Assembly (NCBI GenBank): GCA_964016885.1
Contig: CAXHJY010000940.1
Coordinates: 1-64,000 of the forward strand
From: Eledone cirrhosa
Taxonomy: Eukaryota
Reading direction: 5' to 3'
Length of the DNA: 64,000 bases
Shown here piece by piece: positions 44,247-57,072 of the stretch (the first letter of the stretch is position 1; each line of letters begins with the position of its first letter). The position numbers and the translations under genes are program-made. The notes under the pieces are model-generated. The model saw nothing but the letters and a program-made list of their open reading frames with translations. It was not told the origin of the DNA and ran no database searches.

Positions 44247-44503
44247 AATATATGTATCTATGTATTTATGTGGGTATATGTGTGTATATATATGTATGCG
44301 CATGTATACGTCTGTGTGTATATGTATATGTGTACGTATATGTGCATGTATATGTGAGTGTGTGTATATATATATATATGTATATATGTATATATATATA
44401 TATATATATTTGTAGTTGATATGTGTATGTGTATATGTATATGTGTATGTATATGTATGTATATGTATGTATATATATATATATATATATATAAGTGTAT
44501 ATG

Positions 44504-44535
<32 letters not shown>

Positions 44536-44945
44536 CATATTTGTCTGACTGGGTGTATTAATTAATTAATTTATTTATTTCTTTTATTTTTTTATTTCTT
44601 TATTTTTATATATATGTATATATATATGTATGTATATATATATATATATGTATATATATGTGTGTGTATGTATATGTATGTATGTATGTGTATGTATATG
44701 TGTGTGTGTGTATATGTGTGTATATATTTATATGTGTATATATATCTCTATTTATATATGTATATATGTGTATGTATATCCCTTTATTTATGTATGTCTG
44801 AGTTGTGTGAACGTGTGGTTGTGTTTGTATGTGTATACGCATACATGGATGTGTATGTATGTGTATATATGCGTATATGTATGTGTGTATGTGTGTGTGT
44901 ATATATGTATGTCTATGTATGAGTATATATATGTATGTATGTATA

Positions 44946-45001
<56 letters not shown>

Positions 45002-45065
45002 TATTATATACGTGTGTGTATATATATATATATCTTTGTATATGTGTATGTGTACATGTGTGTGT

Positions 45066-45106
<41 letters not shown>

Positions 45107-45147
45107 GGTATGTATGTGTATATGTGTATATACATGAGTGTATTTAT

Positions 45148-45193
<46 letters not shown>

Positions 45194-45212
45194 TGTGAAT
45201 GTATGTATATAT

Positions 45213-45252
<40 letters not shown>

Positions 45253-45402
45253 ATATATGTATATGTCTATGTATTTATATGTGTATATGTATGTGTCTCT
45301 ATATGTATGCGCGTGTGTGGATGTGTATGTGTATATATATGGTGTGTGTATGTATATGTATGTGTATGTATGTGTTTATGTATATGTGTATGTATATGTA
45401 TG

Positions 45403-45437
<35 letters not shown>

Positions 45438-45870
45438 GTATGTATATCGATGTATATTTTATATTTTACTTGTTTTTATATATATATATATATATATATA
45501 TTTTCTTAATATTTTTCTTTTTTCTTTTTCTTTTTATTTCTAAATTTATAGATACATTTATAAATAGGCAGTTTGCTGACACCAGTAAATACTGACCTCT
45601 TCCCCCCCCCCCACCTACTTTCTGTATCTGGATCTAAATATGTGTGGCAGTGTTTATGTGCGCGCATTAATGTCCATATGCTTATGATAATAGTATATAC
45701 ACATATATGTGTGTGGGAGTGTGTGTGTGTATGTATGTTCGTGGTTGTGTGTATGTTTATGCGTATATGCGCGTGTGTGTGTGAATGTATGTATATGTGT
45801 GAGTATATGAATGTGTATATATTTATTTTTATATTTATATGTTTATATGCGTATATGTATTTTATCTGTA
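44090..45870. repeat. (TA)n/(TG)n compound microsatellite field
   Basis: Direct inspection; source of the spurious Tyr/Ile/Val/Cys ORFs. Confidence 0.95.
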
Positions 45871-46098
45871 GATTATAAATATACAGAGACATTAGCCCTG
45901 AATTTTTGTATTTACATACATCTTTTCGGCATGCGTATGCATGTGAACATATATTTTTATGCATATCTGTGAACGAAGTTGCTTACATATATACACACAC
46001 CTAACTGTATAAACTTTTTGTGTTTCCATTGGTCAATTTGAACTCTGTTCCCAAACAGACCTGTAATTTTGAATTGTTGTTATTATCAATAAATATAT

Positions 46099-46252
46099 TT
46101 CATTATTTCTGAAGACGGCATATATATGAGTTGGTATGTATATTTGATTTTGATAGTTTGTATAATTTTGTATAATTTTGTACATAGATCTGTTAAATAT
46201 ACATGCTAATTCTAACACATATATATCCCAGAAACGATCGTTAAATAATGAA
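46099..46252 (+). ncRNA. Type I hammerhead with ~115-nt stem II
   Basis: Perfect 10-bp stem I TTCATTATTT/AAATAATGAA, CTGAAGA (46109-46115), long paired stem II, GAAA-CGATCG-TT (46231-46242). Confidence 0.75.
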
Positions 46253-46446
46253 CTTTTTTTGTTTAATATAAGGAACTGTTTCATTGTTTTATTCATTATT
46301 TTTTTAATATTTTATCTTGACTCTGTATTCCGTTTATCTTTCACCGAAAGTGATTTTTCATTGCATCTTTTCTTTCCATGATATCCGGATTACATTGAGT
46401 TCTTCATACGGATTGGACACTACCGTAAACTCTTGGTAGATTTATC

Positions 46447-46509
<63 letters not shown>

Positions 46510-46519
46510 GACATTATGC

Positions 46520-48118
46520 CGCGCACGTCCATTCCGACAAAACTGGCAATCTATATCAAGTGGAGCGCAGTACTTACCATCAACTACTACATAATGCTGT
46601 AACTAAGGATTACCGTAAAACTAATCGGTGCGTCATCAATGAAATCAACGATGCTGGGTTTAAAATCCCCTCTGATCTCAACATCCTGGACCGAACCGAA
46701 CCTCTGGATGCAACAAGGAACATTGTCGTTTTATCCAATTCGACATCAACAATTACTACTCCCCCATCACTTTACCACTTCTCCTTAGAGCTATCAATTT
46801 CGCTAAAACACTCACAGTGGTTAAGGATTTCGAAGTTGATGTCATCCTCAATGCCCGTAAGTCGGTGATTAATTTCGACGACTCTACTTGGATAAAAAAA
46901 TCCAATAGTACCCCATTCGACGTGAGTATGGGGGCCAGCGATTCTGCGGAGGTTACTGATCTTATCGGCCTTTTCCTTCTTTTCTCTATCAAGGACGAAT
47001 TCCCCAACGCGGGCGGTGGTTTGTACCGTGATGATGGTATGTTGACCATGACTAAGTGCGGACCTCGTGCTTGCGACAGGTTCAGAAAAGAACTCACAAC
47101 CTTCTTTAAAGGCTTCAACCTCTCTATACAGGTTGAGGCCAATCTCTCGGTCGTTAATTACCTCGACGTTACCCTCAATTTATCGAATGGCTTGCATTAC
47201 TCGTATAGAAAGCCGAATGATACGCTTAATTACATAAGTAAGCATTCTAACCATCCTGCCAGCATAACCAAGAACCTGGAAAGAAACGTTTCTTTGAGGC
47301 TTTCCCGTCTATCTACTAACGAGCATATTTTCAACGACCATTCCATTTATTACAATGAAGCTCTTGCTCGGAGTGGATTTGTCGATAAGGTAGCATATAC
47401 AGAGTACGCAAATAGACCTAGAAGAAATAGATCCCGTCGCATTTGTTGGTATAACCCACCATATAATATGGAGGTGGCCACACCATTAGCTAAGATCTTT
47501 CTATCCCTTATTACGAAGCATTTTCCCCCTACACATAAATATAGTAACATTTTTAATAGAAATACTATTAAAATTCCTTACTCTACGATTCCTAACCTTG
47601 CACATAACATCACAGCTTCAAATTTAGCTAAACTACCTAGCCATAGGAATACGTGCAACCATGTAGTTAGTACTAACTGTAAATGTAGGAATCGGGTTGA
47701 TTGCCCCCTATCCGGGAAAGGCCTCTCTAGTAACATTGTCTACAAATGTAAGGTTGAAACACCCACGTCCGGTAGGGCCTACATAGGGTTAACCGCCAAT
47801 AGATTCAAGCAGCGTCTTTACATGCATACCCATTCTTTTCGTTACCCTCTAAGAAGGAATATGACGTGACTTTCAGCTTATATCTGGAGTCTAAAAGACA
47901 ACCACACCCAATATAAGTTACACTGGGAGATCCTAGCTAGGGCTAGATCGTATAACGGAAATAAAAGACCATGTGACCTCTGCGCCGCTGAGGCCCTGGA
48001 AATACTCTACGCCACAGACCCCATCTTAAACAAAAAATCTGGGGCAATTTCGGCTTGTAAACATAAATTGCACAAAACTTTCCTGTATTACAGCCCCACA
48101 TTATACCCTAACGGCTAG
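46520..48118 (+). pseudogene. Penelope-like element ORF remnant: reverse transcriptase + C-terminal GIY-YIG endonuclease
   Basis: SDKTGNLY; FIQFDINNYYSPI (frame opens at about 46712); FDVSMGASDSAEV; GLYRDDG; YLDVTL; CKCRNRVDC linker; IVY..AYIGLT..FKQRLYMH. After the in-frame TGA at 47867-47869 the frame continues LSAYIWSLK..CDLCAAE..LNKKS..ACKH to TAG at 48118. 5'-truncated, with an internal deletion/frameshift near 46710. Confidence 0.92.
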
Positions 48119-48296
48119 TACGATCTATACGTGGATATTTTACGTCTTGATGTGGTAGCTAAGTATATGTTATGTTTATACCATTACTTATTTGCACAGG
48201 GAACGTTTCCACGAACCAAAGTATCGTCTTCCTGTCTTCCTCCGGTTGCAACGTTTTTTGAAATATCCACTTCTGCGTTTACAGATTGACTTTGTT

Positions 48297-48347
48297 AGTT
48301 TCAGAAGATCCCGTTAAGGGTGAAAGCAGCAATTCTTTGCTTAAACT
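48297..48347 (+). ncRNA. Hammerhead in the Penelope 3' pseudo-LTR (core mutated)
   Basis: AGTTT-CAGAAGA-T-CCC-GTTAA-GGG-T-GAAA-GCA..TGC-TT-AAACT. All three stems are present, U4 is changed to A, and AATAAA plus (TA)n follow. Confidence 0.7.
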
Positions 48348-48383
48348 TTAATCTGTTATTTTAATAAATATATATATATATAT

Positions 48384-48580
48384 AGTGGACATTATGTCCA
48401 TTATATATATATATAGTGGACATTATGTCCATTATATATATATATATAGTGGACATTATGTCCATTATATATATATATATAGTGGACATTATGTCCATTA
48501 TATATATATATATAATGGACATAATGTCCACTATATATATATATAATGGACATTATGTCCATTATATATATATATAGTAA
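48384..48580. repeat. GTGGACATTATGTCCA units alternating with (TA)n
   Basis: About 6 quasi-palindromic units in both orientations; the same 12-mer marks the Penelope 5' junction at about 46507-46519. Confidence 0.8.
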
Positions 48581-48705
48581 ACATTAATGTACGTACATGT
48601 AACAGAACAGAATAAAAGAATAAGAACTAGAGGTAAGTAAGCCACCCTTAAATTGTAGACCATGTTAACCAGTCTATCGGCTACCTCTTCTGCTCATGCC
48701 TGCCT

Positions 48706-48797
48706 GATGGATGAGTTGCATAACGTCGAGTGCTTTTTGCATATCACGCCATGGCGTAATACGAGAAAAACACTCGACGTTATGCAACTCATCCATC
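48706..48797. repeat. 92-bp fold-back hairpin
   Basis: Perfect 27-bp arms GATGGATGAGTTGCATAACGTCGAGTG/CACTCGACGTTATGCAACTCATCCATC with an imperfect inner palindrome centred on CCATGG. Confidence 0.85.
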
Positions 48798-48959
48798 TTC
48801 AATGTTGAATCATGTTGGTGGTGCGGGAAGAGTAAATATATTATAAAGTGAAATGACAGAAGGCCAAATATGTTGAATTTCCTTAATTTTTTATCGTAAA
48901 CACTATGCACATTTCAGTGGCCAGGATCCGTAAAAACTCAGTGACATCATCATCATCAT

Positions 48960-49149
<190 letters not shown>

Positions 49150-49174
49150 ATATATATATATATATAATATATAT

Positions 49175-49250
<76 letters not shown>

Positions 49251-49384
49251 CTTGAAGAAAGTTGGTTGATTAAAAACCTGCCGACTTTTTCTTAACAAAT
49301 GTGAAGCATTCTACGGATTTTATTTATTCGGAGTTTTATTATGATAAACAAGAAAGACGGTTTTATTCGTACATCCCTATTTAT

Positions 49385-49454
49385 TTTGTTATACGTATTT
49401 CAGAGACGTAAGGTAGTTGTATAATAATTGCCCTATGTGTTCTCTTCAGATAAA
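49385..49454 (-). ncRNA. Degenerate hammerhead resembling 36368-36434
   Basis: Minus strand TTTAT-CTGAAGA-..-GTCTCT-GAAA-TACGTA-TA-ACAAAA; palindromic stem III, weak stems I and II. Confidence 0.5.
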
Positions 49455-49629
49455 TATTCAAACAAGATGTAAAGTTCCATTGATATACTTGTCATACATG
49501 TTATTTACTTCGCCGACCAATAAGTATATGTCCGAATTTCTCTAGTAGTAGTTCTTATATATGCGGGGGATTATAAATTTAAGATAGTTAATTCAGCTAT
49601 AAGAAAAGAATTTGAAAAACATCCTGCCA

Positions 49630-49835
49630 TTGGCAGTATCGCTAGAGTTGGACGCCATGCTTTGCAGTATAGAGTTATGGTCCTTTACGGTCTGAGTTCA
49701 AATCTCGCCGAGGTTAACTTTGCTTTTCATCCTTACGGAGTCGATAAAATAAAGCACCAGTAACGTACTGAGGTCGATTTAATCGACTTCCCCCCCAAAA
49801 AAATTACTGGCCTTGTGCCTATATAAGAAACCATT
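49630..49835 (+). mobile_element. SINE family A
   Basis: A box, B box and core are present. Confidence 0.85.
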
Positions 49836-49944
49836 ATAGTCATCAAAGGTCATTTATTGAGTTGTTCCAGTTGGTATTGTTAATTATAAACTGGCTGGGG
49901 TATCAAGTTACAAGATTTGTCGCTTGATTCATAGTAAGGCATGT

Positions 49945-50282
49945 AATAATAATAATGAAAATATTGTGTACAGTGCTCAGGTGCACTACAACTCATCAAA
50001 AGTGTATGTATAGTAAATATGGTAATGTACAAACGTCAGGAAAATGAACAGTGCATGAGTCATGATATACACATGTGTGCATGTGTATGGAAGGGGGCCA
50101 TCAGGTGTAGTTTTGGCGAATTTCGGGAAGCATGTGGGTTTTAAAGGATGCAGTGTCTCGGCAGCTAACAACTGATGCAGAGAGTTTGTTCCGTGCTTCA
50201 GCAACTCTAAGCGTGAAAAAATGTTTCCGAAAGTCATGGGAGCTCTGCTGTTTTCTGACTTTGTAGGCATCTCCACGTGTGT
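49945..50282 (-). mobile_element. CR1 3' end
   Basis: Reverse complement of 18523-18860; a shorter copy lies at 51001-51143 (-). Confidence 0.85.
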
Positions 50283-51882
50283 TTAACCCTTTAGCATTTA
50301 CATTACTTTATATTTACCATTATATTTTCATGGAAAAGTCTTTACCTCACATAATTATCTCACATGATATCGAATCTATGAGATTTTGATATTATTTATT
50401 TTGAGAACAATACTTTAACATCAATATGAGTGGCCGGTTTGAACAGAAAGAGGTGAGAGAATTCTTGCCTGTTGATATGTACACAATGCTTTCTAATACC
50501 CAGTATGACATATAGCAGAATTTGTGCTTGGAATATACAGTGACTTACATAAATTACATAAAGACATGCGAGTCTGTGAATTCACTGATTCTGCATAACA
50601 CTCCCCTCCACGACTTCTAGTATTTTGTTAATGTGATAATTTCACATTTCCATTAACCCTTTCATGACCACACTTCTAATAAAATATGCTGTATTTGAAT
50701 TAATGTAGAATTTCAAGTGATTTACTGAAATCATTATCTCATTATTAAGATGGATTTGTAACACCATAAAGGGTTCTTATATAAAATTGTGTTGGAAGAT
50801 TTTCATTTATTTAGGAATGCTTTAAAATGAGTAGTTTTGGGCAGGTTTTCATGATGCTAATATGGTAAGATATCTACTTAACCAAGCTGATATTCCATTC
50901 TACTACATTGATATAAAGAAGTGTGTTATTGTTGTTTAACTCCACGTTGTCCCTGATCAACCAGACATGTGATCAAAAGCATTCTAGCTATGAACATCTC
51001 ATAATAATAATGAAATTATTGTGTAAAGTGCTCAGGTGCACTACAACTCGTCAAAGGTGCATGTATAGTACATAGAATAATATACAAATGTCAGGGAAGT
51101 GAATAGTGTATGAGTCATGATATACATGTGTGTATGTGTATGTAGGAACTGTTAGTCTATTTTATTATTTTTTTAATATATATTCCAATATATTTTTTAT
51201 ATATATTCCAATTAATTTTAATTTTAGATATTTGTACTTTGATGCTGATGTTATAATGTATTTATATATTTATGAATAAGTACACATATCTAAAATTAAA
51301 ATTAATATCTAAGGGAATAAAATGCTGTGATACAGCAACGGAACCCCAATAAGTAAATGCCTAGATGAATGACAGGCATTTTGTATGATCAGATGAGAGA
51401 TCCTACCCAGGTGGCGTATAAGACAACGACGTCTAGATATAGGGGTTAGCAGCAAATAAGGAAATAAGCTCCCATGGAGCAAACAGTGGCTACCCTTTAG
51501 CAAGGATCATAGAGGAAGTCAAAGGAAGTAGCATGGTGAATGTATAATCTGGGTGAAAGAGTCACAAATCGTCCTGAACCAAATACTGACTACTGTTTAG
51601 CAAGGACTAGCACCCGACAGCTACACGGCCTAGGGTCAAAGGTGAAGCCACGAGAAGCTTGTTGAATGTGACACACGTTGCTGGGTACATTAAGCTCTAT
51701 AAGGTCAATGACCTGGACCACCAATTTCTTGAAGTGTATAATTGCCAACATCTATGGAGGACCTGACAGTCACATATACTATGTTAGACAGAGTAACCTC
51801 TCTCGAAGGTCAATAACCGGAATGTCCAACTTACTGAAGTGTGCTACTGCTAATATCTTAATATCTATGGAGGACCTGACAA

Positions 51883-52275
51883 TCATCATCATCATCCGGC
51901 GGCCTCAGTCGAAATGGACTCAACAATTGATCTCCACGTGGGTCTGTCGTTTATTGCCGTTGCCAAGTCCTGGATTTCAATACCGGAATCTCTGGAGATG
52001 ACATCGGGATAGGAGAGCTTGCGACCCCTATTATTAGTGACTGCTTGTGGTTTCCAAAGCACTAATGGGGACACAGCCTTATAAGTGGCACGATCTTACT
52101 CTCCTTTTACGTACAACGACAGATATGCATGGGAGGCTGGCATATATCTCTCTCAAAGGCAGATGTCGCCATCTTATGTTCTGAATGCGTTGAAGCAGGC
52201 GAGTGTAAGTGCCATCAAGGTGCTTTTGTTGTTTGGATGAAAGCGTCCATGTTTCACTTCCATATAGCAAGATTG
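51883..52275 (-). mobile_element. RTE-like LINE 3' end
   Basis: LLYGSETWTLS..LDGTYTRLLQRI..W.. and LVLWKPQ..RGRKLSYPDVI..DRPTWR motifs; (TGA)n tail. Confidence 0.8.
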
Positions 52276-52761
52276 GTTGAATTGTTCTTTCATATAACAG
52301 TTATACATATACTATGTTAGACAGAGTAACCTGTCTCTAAGGTCAATAACCGGAATGTCCAACTTACTGAAGTGTGCTACTGCTAATATCTATAGAGCGC
52401 GCGATCACAGATCTTCAGTGAAACACTCACACAATGCTGGTCAGAATAACCTATTTGGGGTCAATGACCAAAAACCACCAAAGTCTCGAATTCCACGGCT
52501 GCTAACATCTAAAGAGACCTGGCGACAACAAATGTCATTTAACTACTGAAACATTTTTAATGACTAATCTGGCAAGTTCGGCCAGACGAGGATAAGATAA
52601 AGGGCAGAATTTAAAAAGAAAATGAAAAAATAAACCTATGTAACGCCCCCTACTCCTCCTATTCCTCATGTCTTCTTCACACACACACACACACACACAC
52701 TCATGAATCTTGATTACACACACACACACACGTGAATCCTACATTATCTCAATCTTTCATA

Positions 52762-52815
<54 letters not shown>

Positions 52816-52926
52816 ATATCTATCTATCTATCTATATATATAACAAAGGAATTGTGGTAAGGAGTCAGATGGACCATAACGCACCAGAGTACTCAATACT
52901 TAGGGTAGTAGAGTGAGAAATAGGAA

Positions 52927-53034
52927 AAAGTATGACCCCGACGGCAGAGCTCAAGCGTTTCGACGGCTATTTCTGGACTAAATTAGAATTTTTAGCCTGG
53001 TAAATAAATAGCCGAACTTGTCAAGGGGGTACTT
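52927..53034 (-). ncRNA. U3-A8 hammerhead, inverted copy
   Basis: Reverse complement of 53280-53387, with a 1-nt deletion in stem III. Confidence 0.65.
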
Positions 53035-53279
53035 CCTTATATGGGAAGATTGTAGTTGTAAAGAGGATTGGTTAAAATTTGTTGTAAACACAAATAAGTC
53101 TATCATGGCATATACATATACATATTACTTTCAACGCTTGACCGCACCACTTACTCCCCTATTGTTCTACAGGCAAGTTCAGCCACCCCTACCTCCCACC
53201 AAATGCCATGATAGACTTATTTGTGTTTACAACAAATTTTAACCAATCCTCTTGACAACTACAATCTTCCCATATAAGG

Positions 53280-53387
53280 AAGTACCCTCTTGACAAGTTC
53301 GGCTATTTATTTACCAGGCTAAAAATTCTAATTTAGTCCAGAAATAGCCGTCGAAACGGCTTGAGCTCTGCCGTCGGGGTCATACTT
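53280..53387 (+). ncRNA. Full type I hammerhead with U3-A8 core (UUGACAA)
   Basis: CCTC-TTGACAA(53290-53296)-G..CGGCTATTT/AAATAGCCG..C-GAAA-CGGC-TTGAGCTCT-GCCG-TC-GGGG; GUC site, predicted cleavage after C53375. Confidence 0.75.
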
Positions 53388-53630
53388 TTTCCTATATCTA
53401 TATATATATAACGAAGGAAGTGTGGTAAGGAACCAGGTGCACCATACATAACGCACCAGCGTACTCAATACTTAGGGTAGTAGAGTGGGTAATAGGGAAA
53501 TGTTCAAGACCCTGACGGCAGAGTTCAAGCCGTTATACATATATAAATGTGATGAATGAAGACAGATATAAATATCTGTCTTCAAGAAACCACTGGTAAA
53601 TGAAATAATTATCTTATGTTGTTTATTACA

Positions 53631-53673
<43 letters not shown>

Positions 53674-53712
53674 GTTTACATATATATATATATATATATA
53701 GATATATATATA

Positions 53713-53906
53713 TAGGAACAAGTAAGACCCCGACGGCTGAGCTCAAGCCGTTTCGACGGCTAATTCTGGACCAGAATTAGCCGTCGAAACGGCTTGAGCT
53801 CAGCCGTCGGGGTCTTACTTGTTCCTATTACCCACTCTACTACCCTAAGTATTGAGTACTTTGGTGCGTTATAGTCCACCTGGTTCCTTACCACATTTCC
53901 TTCGTT
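53713..53906. repeat. Fold-back of the same LTR family (hammerhead 3' halves head-to-head)
   Basis: Palindrome centred at about 53770 (CTGG-A-CCAG). Other fragments of this family lie at 35781-35877, 39005-39100 and 53410-53535. Confidence 0.8.
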
Positions 53907-54290
53907 ATATATATATATATATATATATATATACGTGTTTTGCAACGGGTCACTTTGTGGCTCAATGGAAAGTTAATAAATTAAATAATCAGAGCTATAT
54001 ATCGTAAAACATGTCTATAGAATCACCAGATAAATGTGTTCACTTTTCTCCTAGTTTATTTTACACCTAATTCTGTTTAATTAACTGTATATCTGGGCGA
54101 TTACGCTGTCGAAATATTCGATAAATATTCCATCGCAGCCGGCGCGAAGGGGCTGGTTTCGGTTATTTGTTGGAGATTTCTTCATAGAAGCCTTATTCTT
54201 ATAGCTTGGTCTATTCGATTTTTTATATGGTTAAGTATGCTAATTGGATATGGTATATATTTTATCTGGTGATTCTATAGACATGTTTTA

Positions 54291-54341
<51 letters not shown>

Positions 54342-54524
54342 CTTACTGTACTTTCCTACACACATCAATTCCTTGCAATCTATCTGTTATTCATTCAGTT
54401 TCTGTTTTCTCACTCTTACCTTTATTCACTCTCCCTATCCTTCTTTCGTTATTTCTTTCTTTCTTTCATTCAGTCTCTCTCTTTCTTTCTTTCTTTCTCT
54501 CTCCCTCTTATTTTATTCAATCTC

Positions 54525-54592
<68 letters not shown>

Positions 54593-54697
54593 ACCTCCTC
54601 TCCGCACTCTCACTCCTCCCTCCCTTGTCCCTCTCTCCTCAACCTCACTCCCTCCCTCCATCTCTCTCTTCCCTCTCTCCACTCCTCTTTAAAGTGT

Positions 54698-54751
<54 letters not shown>

Positions 54752-55212
54752 GCCAGACTACATTGGACAGTTATTGATTTTTCTTCTTCAGTATTGATAC
54801 ACTGAAGAAGAGTAACAGTCAATAACAACAACAACAGCAGCAACTGCCACAGCAACAATAACAACAACAACAGCAGCAACTGCCACAGCAACAATAACAA
54901 CAACAACAGCAGCAATTGCCACAGCAACTATAACAACAACAACTAGAACAACAATAACAGCAACAATTTCCACCACCACCACAACAACAACAGTAGCAAC
55001 AGCCACAACAACAGCAGCCACAACAACATCTTCCACCACAACATCAACAACAACAGCCACAACAAAAACAGCCACAACAACATCAACAACAGCCACAACA
55101 ACAACAACAACAGCTTATCAACGACGTTTCCGAAAGGGAGTAAAGAGAGTGGACGTTTGGTCCTTACTTTCAGTTCTATTTTGTTCAGTTAATCTCTCTT
55201 CTAGTCGAAACA

Positions 55213-55315
<103 letters not shown>

Positions 55316-55542
55316 ATCGTAAGTAAGAAGTGGATGTCGTTGTTGTCTACGGTAAATTATGAACTCCGAGGAGAGCGGTGATGGACTGCAGACCTGTCAA
55401 CTCTCCCCGTCCGACGGGGAGATTTCCCACCCACGTTAAGGTGGGTAAGAGATGTCTTCTCTTGTGAAAATGGGTATAGCTTTCATTATGTTAAATTTCC
55501 CCATTTTGTCATATTTCTTCCCGTTTGGGGGCACTATTTTTC

Positions 55543-55712
55543 TTGGCAGTATCGGTAGAGGGTCGGACGCCATGTTTTCCAGCATAGTTACGTCCATTTA
55601 CGGTCTGAGTTCAAATCCCGTCGAGGTTAACTTTGCCTTTCATCCTTACAGGGTCGATAAAATAAAGTACCAGTAATGTACTGGGTAATTGCTGGCCAAA
55701 AGTAGAAACAAC
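55543..55712 (+). mobile_element. SINE family A
   Basis: Family A consensus. Confidence 0.85.
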
Positions 55713-56957
55713 TATTTTTCATGGTACTCCCCATTTTGGGTTTTTAGAGGTTGGCAGGTCTGGAACTGTGTCGGTAACAGTAGGCCTAAAGAAGAATTTG
55801 ATAGTTTCAAATGGCACGGGGAACAAAAAAAAGTTTCAGGTTGTTGTCCTTGGTCAAGAAACAAAGGAAGAAAAAGTGGTTTTGTCGATCTGGGCTATAA
55901 TCTAGTAAAATAGTTAATGTTTAGCTCCAGGTCAGCTTTGATAGAGTAGTCTCATGAATGGTCAAAGATATTCAAGACAGGACAACATTATCTAATGTAT
56001 CCTTCCCTTCTTTTTAAAAACGAGAGCTAGCTGCATGTGATTTGAGGGAGATTTAACTGTTATGTCTAGCACGTAGAACTGCTCTGATAACTCGTACAGC
56101 ATGTTCTTTTCTCATGTAGGTAGCATTTGACATTTCAGACGAATGTTTCTGGATGAAAAACAGGCATGACGTGTGTCAGTTGTCTCCGACAATGCGATAA
56201 AATGGCGGTAATCTTAGCCGAGAGTGATTTAAACCACCTCGAGTGGTCCTCGCGTTTATTTGAAATCACACTGAAGTAACTCTCTCTCTCTCTCCCTCTC
56301 CCTCTCTCTCTCTCTCCCTCTCACCCTCTCTCTCTCTCTCTGTATATTTATGTACATACATATATATATATCAAAGTGACATTATTGAAAAAATGAGGGA
56401 CAATTCTTTTAAAAAAGAGTTTTATAAAGTATATAAAGTATTACCGGTTTCGATATATTAGTAAAATTCATCTTATCAAATGTTGAGTATCACAATTAAA
56501 AAGAATTAATAAGAATTAAAAACTAAAAACTAAAAATCAAAAATTAAAAATTAAGTGTTGAGGCAAGTTTTTTCATCTTCCTTGTTGAGAAGGAGACTGG
56601 AAAAATAAACTCTTGTGTATATAGAGAGAGAGGTGTCGTCATGGTAGTAGTAGCAGCAGTGGTGGTAGGTGTGTTTTTGCACACAGAACAAAATTGTTTT
56701 TAGGGAAAAGGATATATATAAAATTATGTATGTATGTATGTATGTATGTATGTATGTATGTATGTATGTATGTATGTATGTATGTACACTATGTATGTAC
56801 TAGGAATTTCTCGAGTCGATTTATCTGGAAAAGTCTGATCAACACCCAATGATACACGAAATGAATTCTTTGTTTCAGAGTGGCAATTGATTAATTATTC
56901 GATTTTGAAATGGTTGTGGAGACATGGCAAAGACAACGTGTGGACCTCATACAAAAG

Positions 56958-57006
<49 letters not shown>

Positions 57007-57072
57007 ATACACAGGAATAGATGTAAACATGGAGAGACACTAAAAACAAGATCTAATGATATAGACATAACA

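Larger units (their letters stand above)
52920..53395. repeat. ~190-bp inverted repeat of a Penelope-type LTR
   Basis: Arms 52920-53111 and 53203-53395 are near-identical reverse complements with a ~91-bp spacer. Confidence 0.9.

Noticed and set aside
47867-47869. In-frame TGA in the Penelope ORF as selenocysteine
   Set aside because: It is not at a Cys-motif position, I recognise no SECIS, and the copy has other disabling lesions; a nonsense mutation is simpler.
52420-52530. Possible minus-strand host exon (similar weak candidates at about 12300-12400, 26560-26700 and 39880-39980)
   Set aside because: Only splice-like dinucleotide contexts, with no recognisable protein; RNA-seq would be needed.
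54130-54190. Minus-strand hammerhead (ATGAAGA..GAAA-CCAGCC..GGCTG)
   Set aside because: The core, stem II and UH site are all defective.
55402-55446. Two adjacent GC-rich hairpins as a terminator or HDV-like ribozyme
   Set aside because: No U tract or nested pseudoknot is recognisable, and the copy is single.
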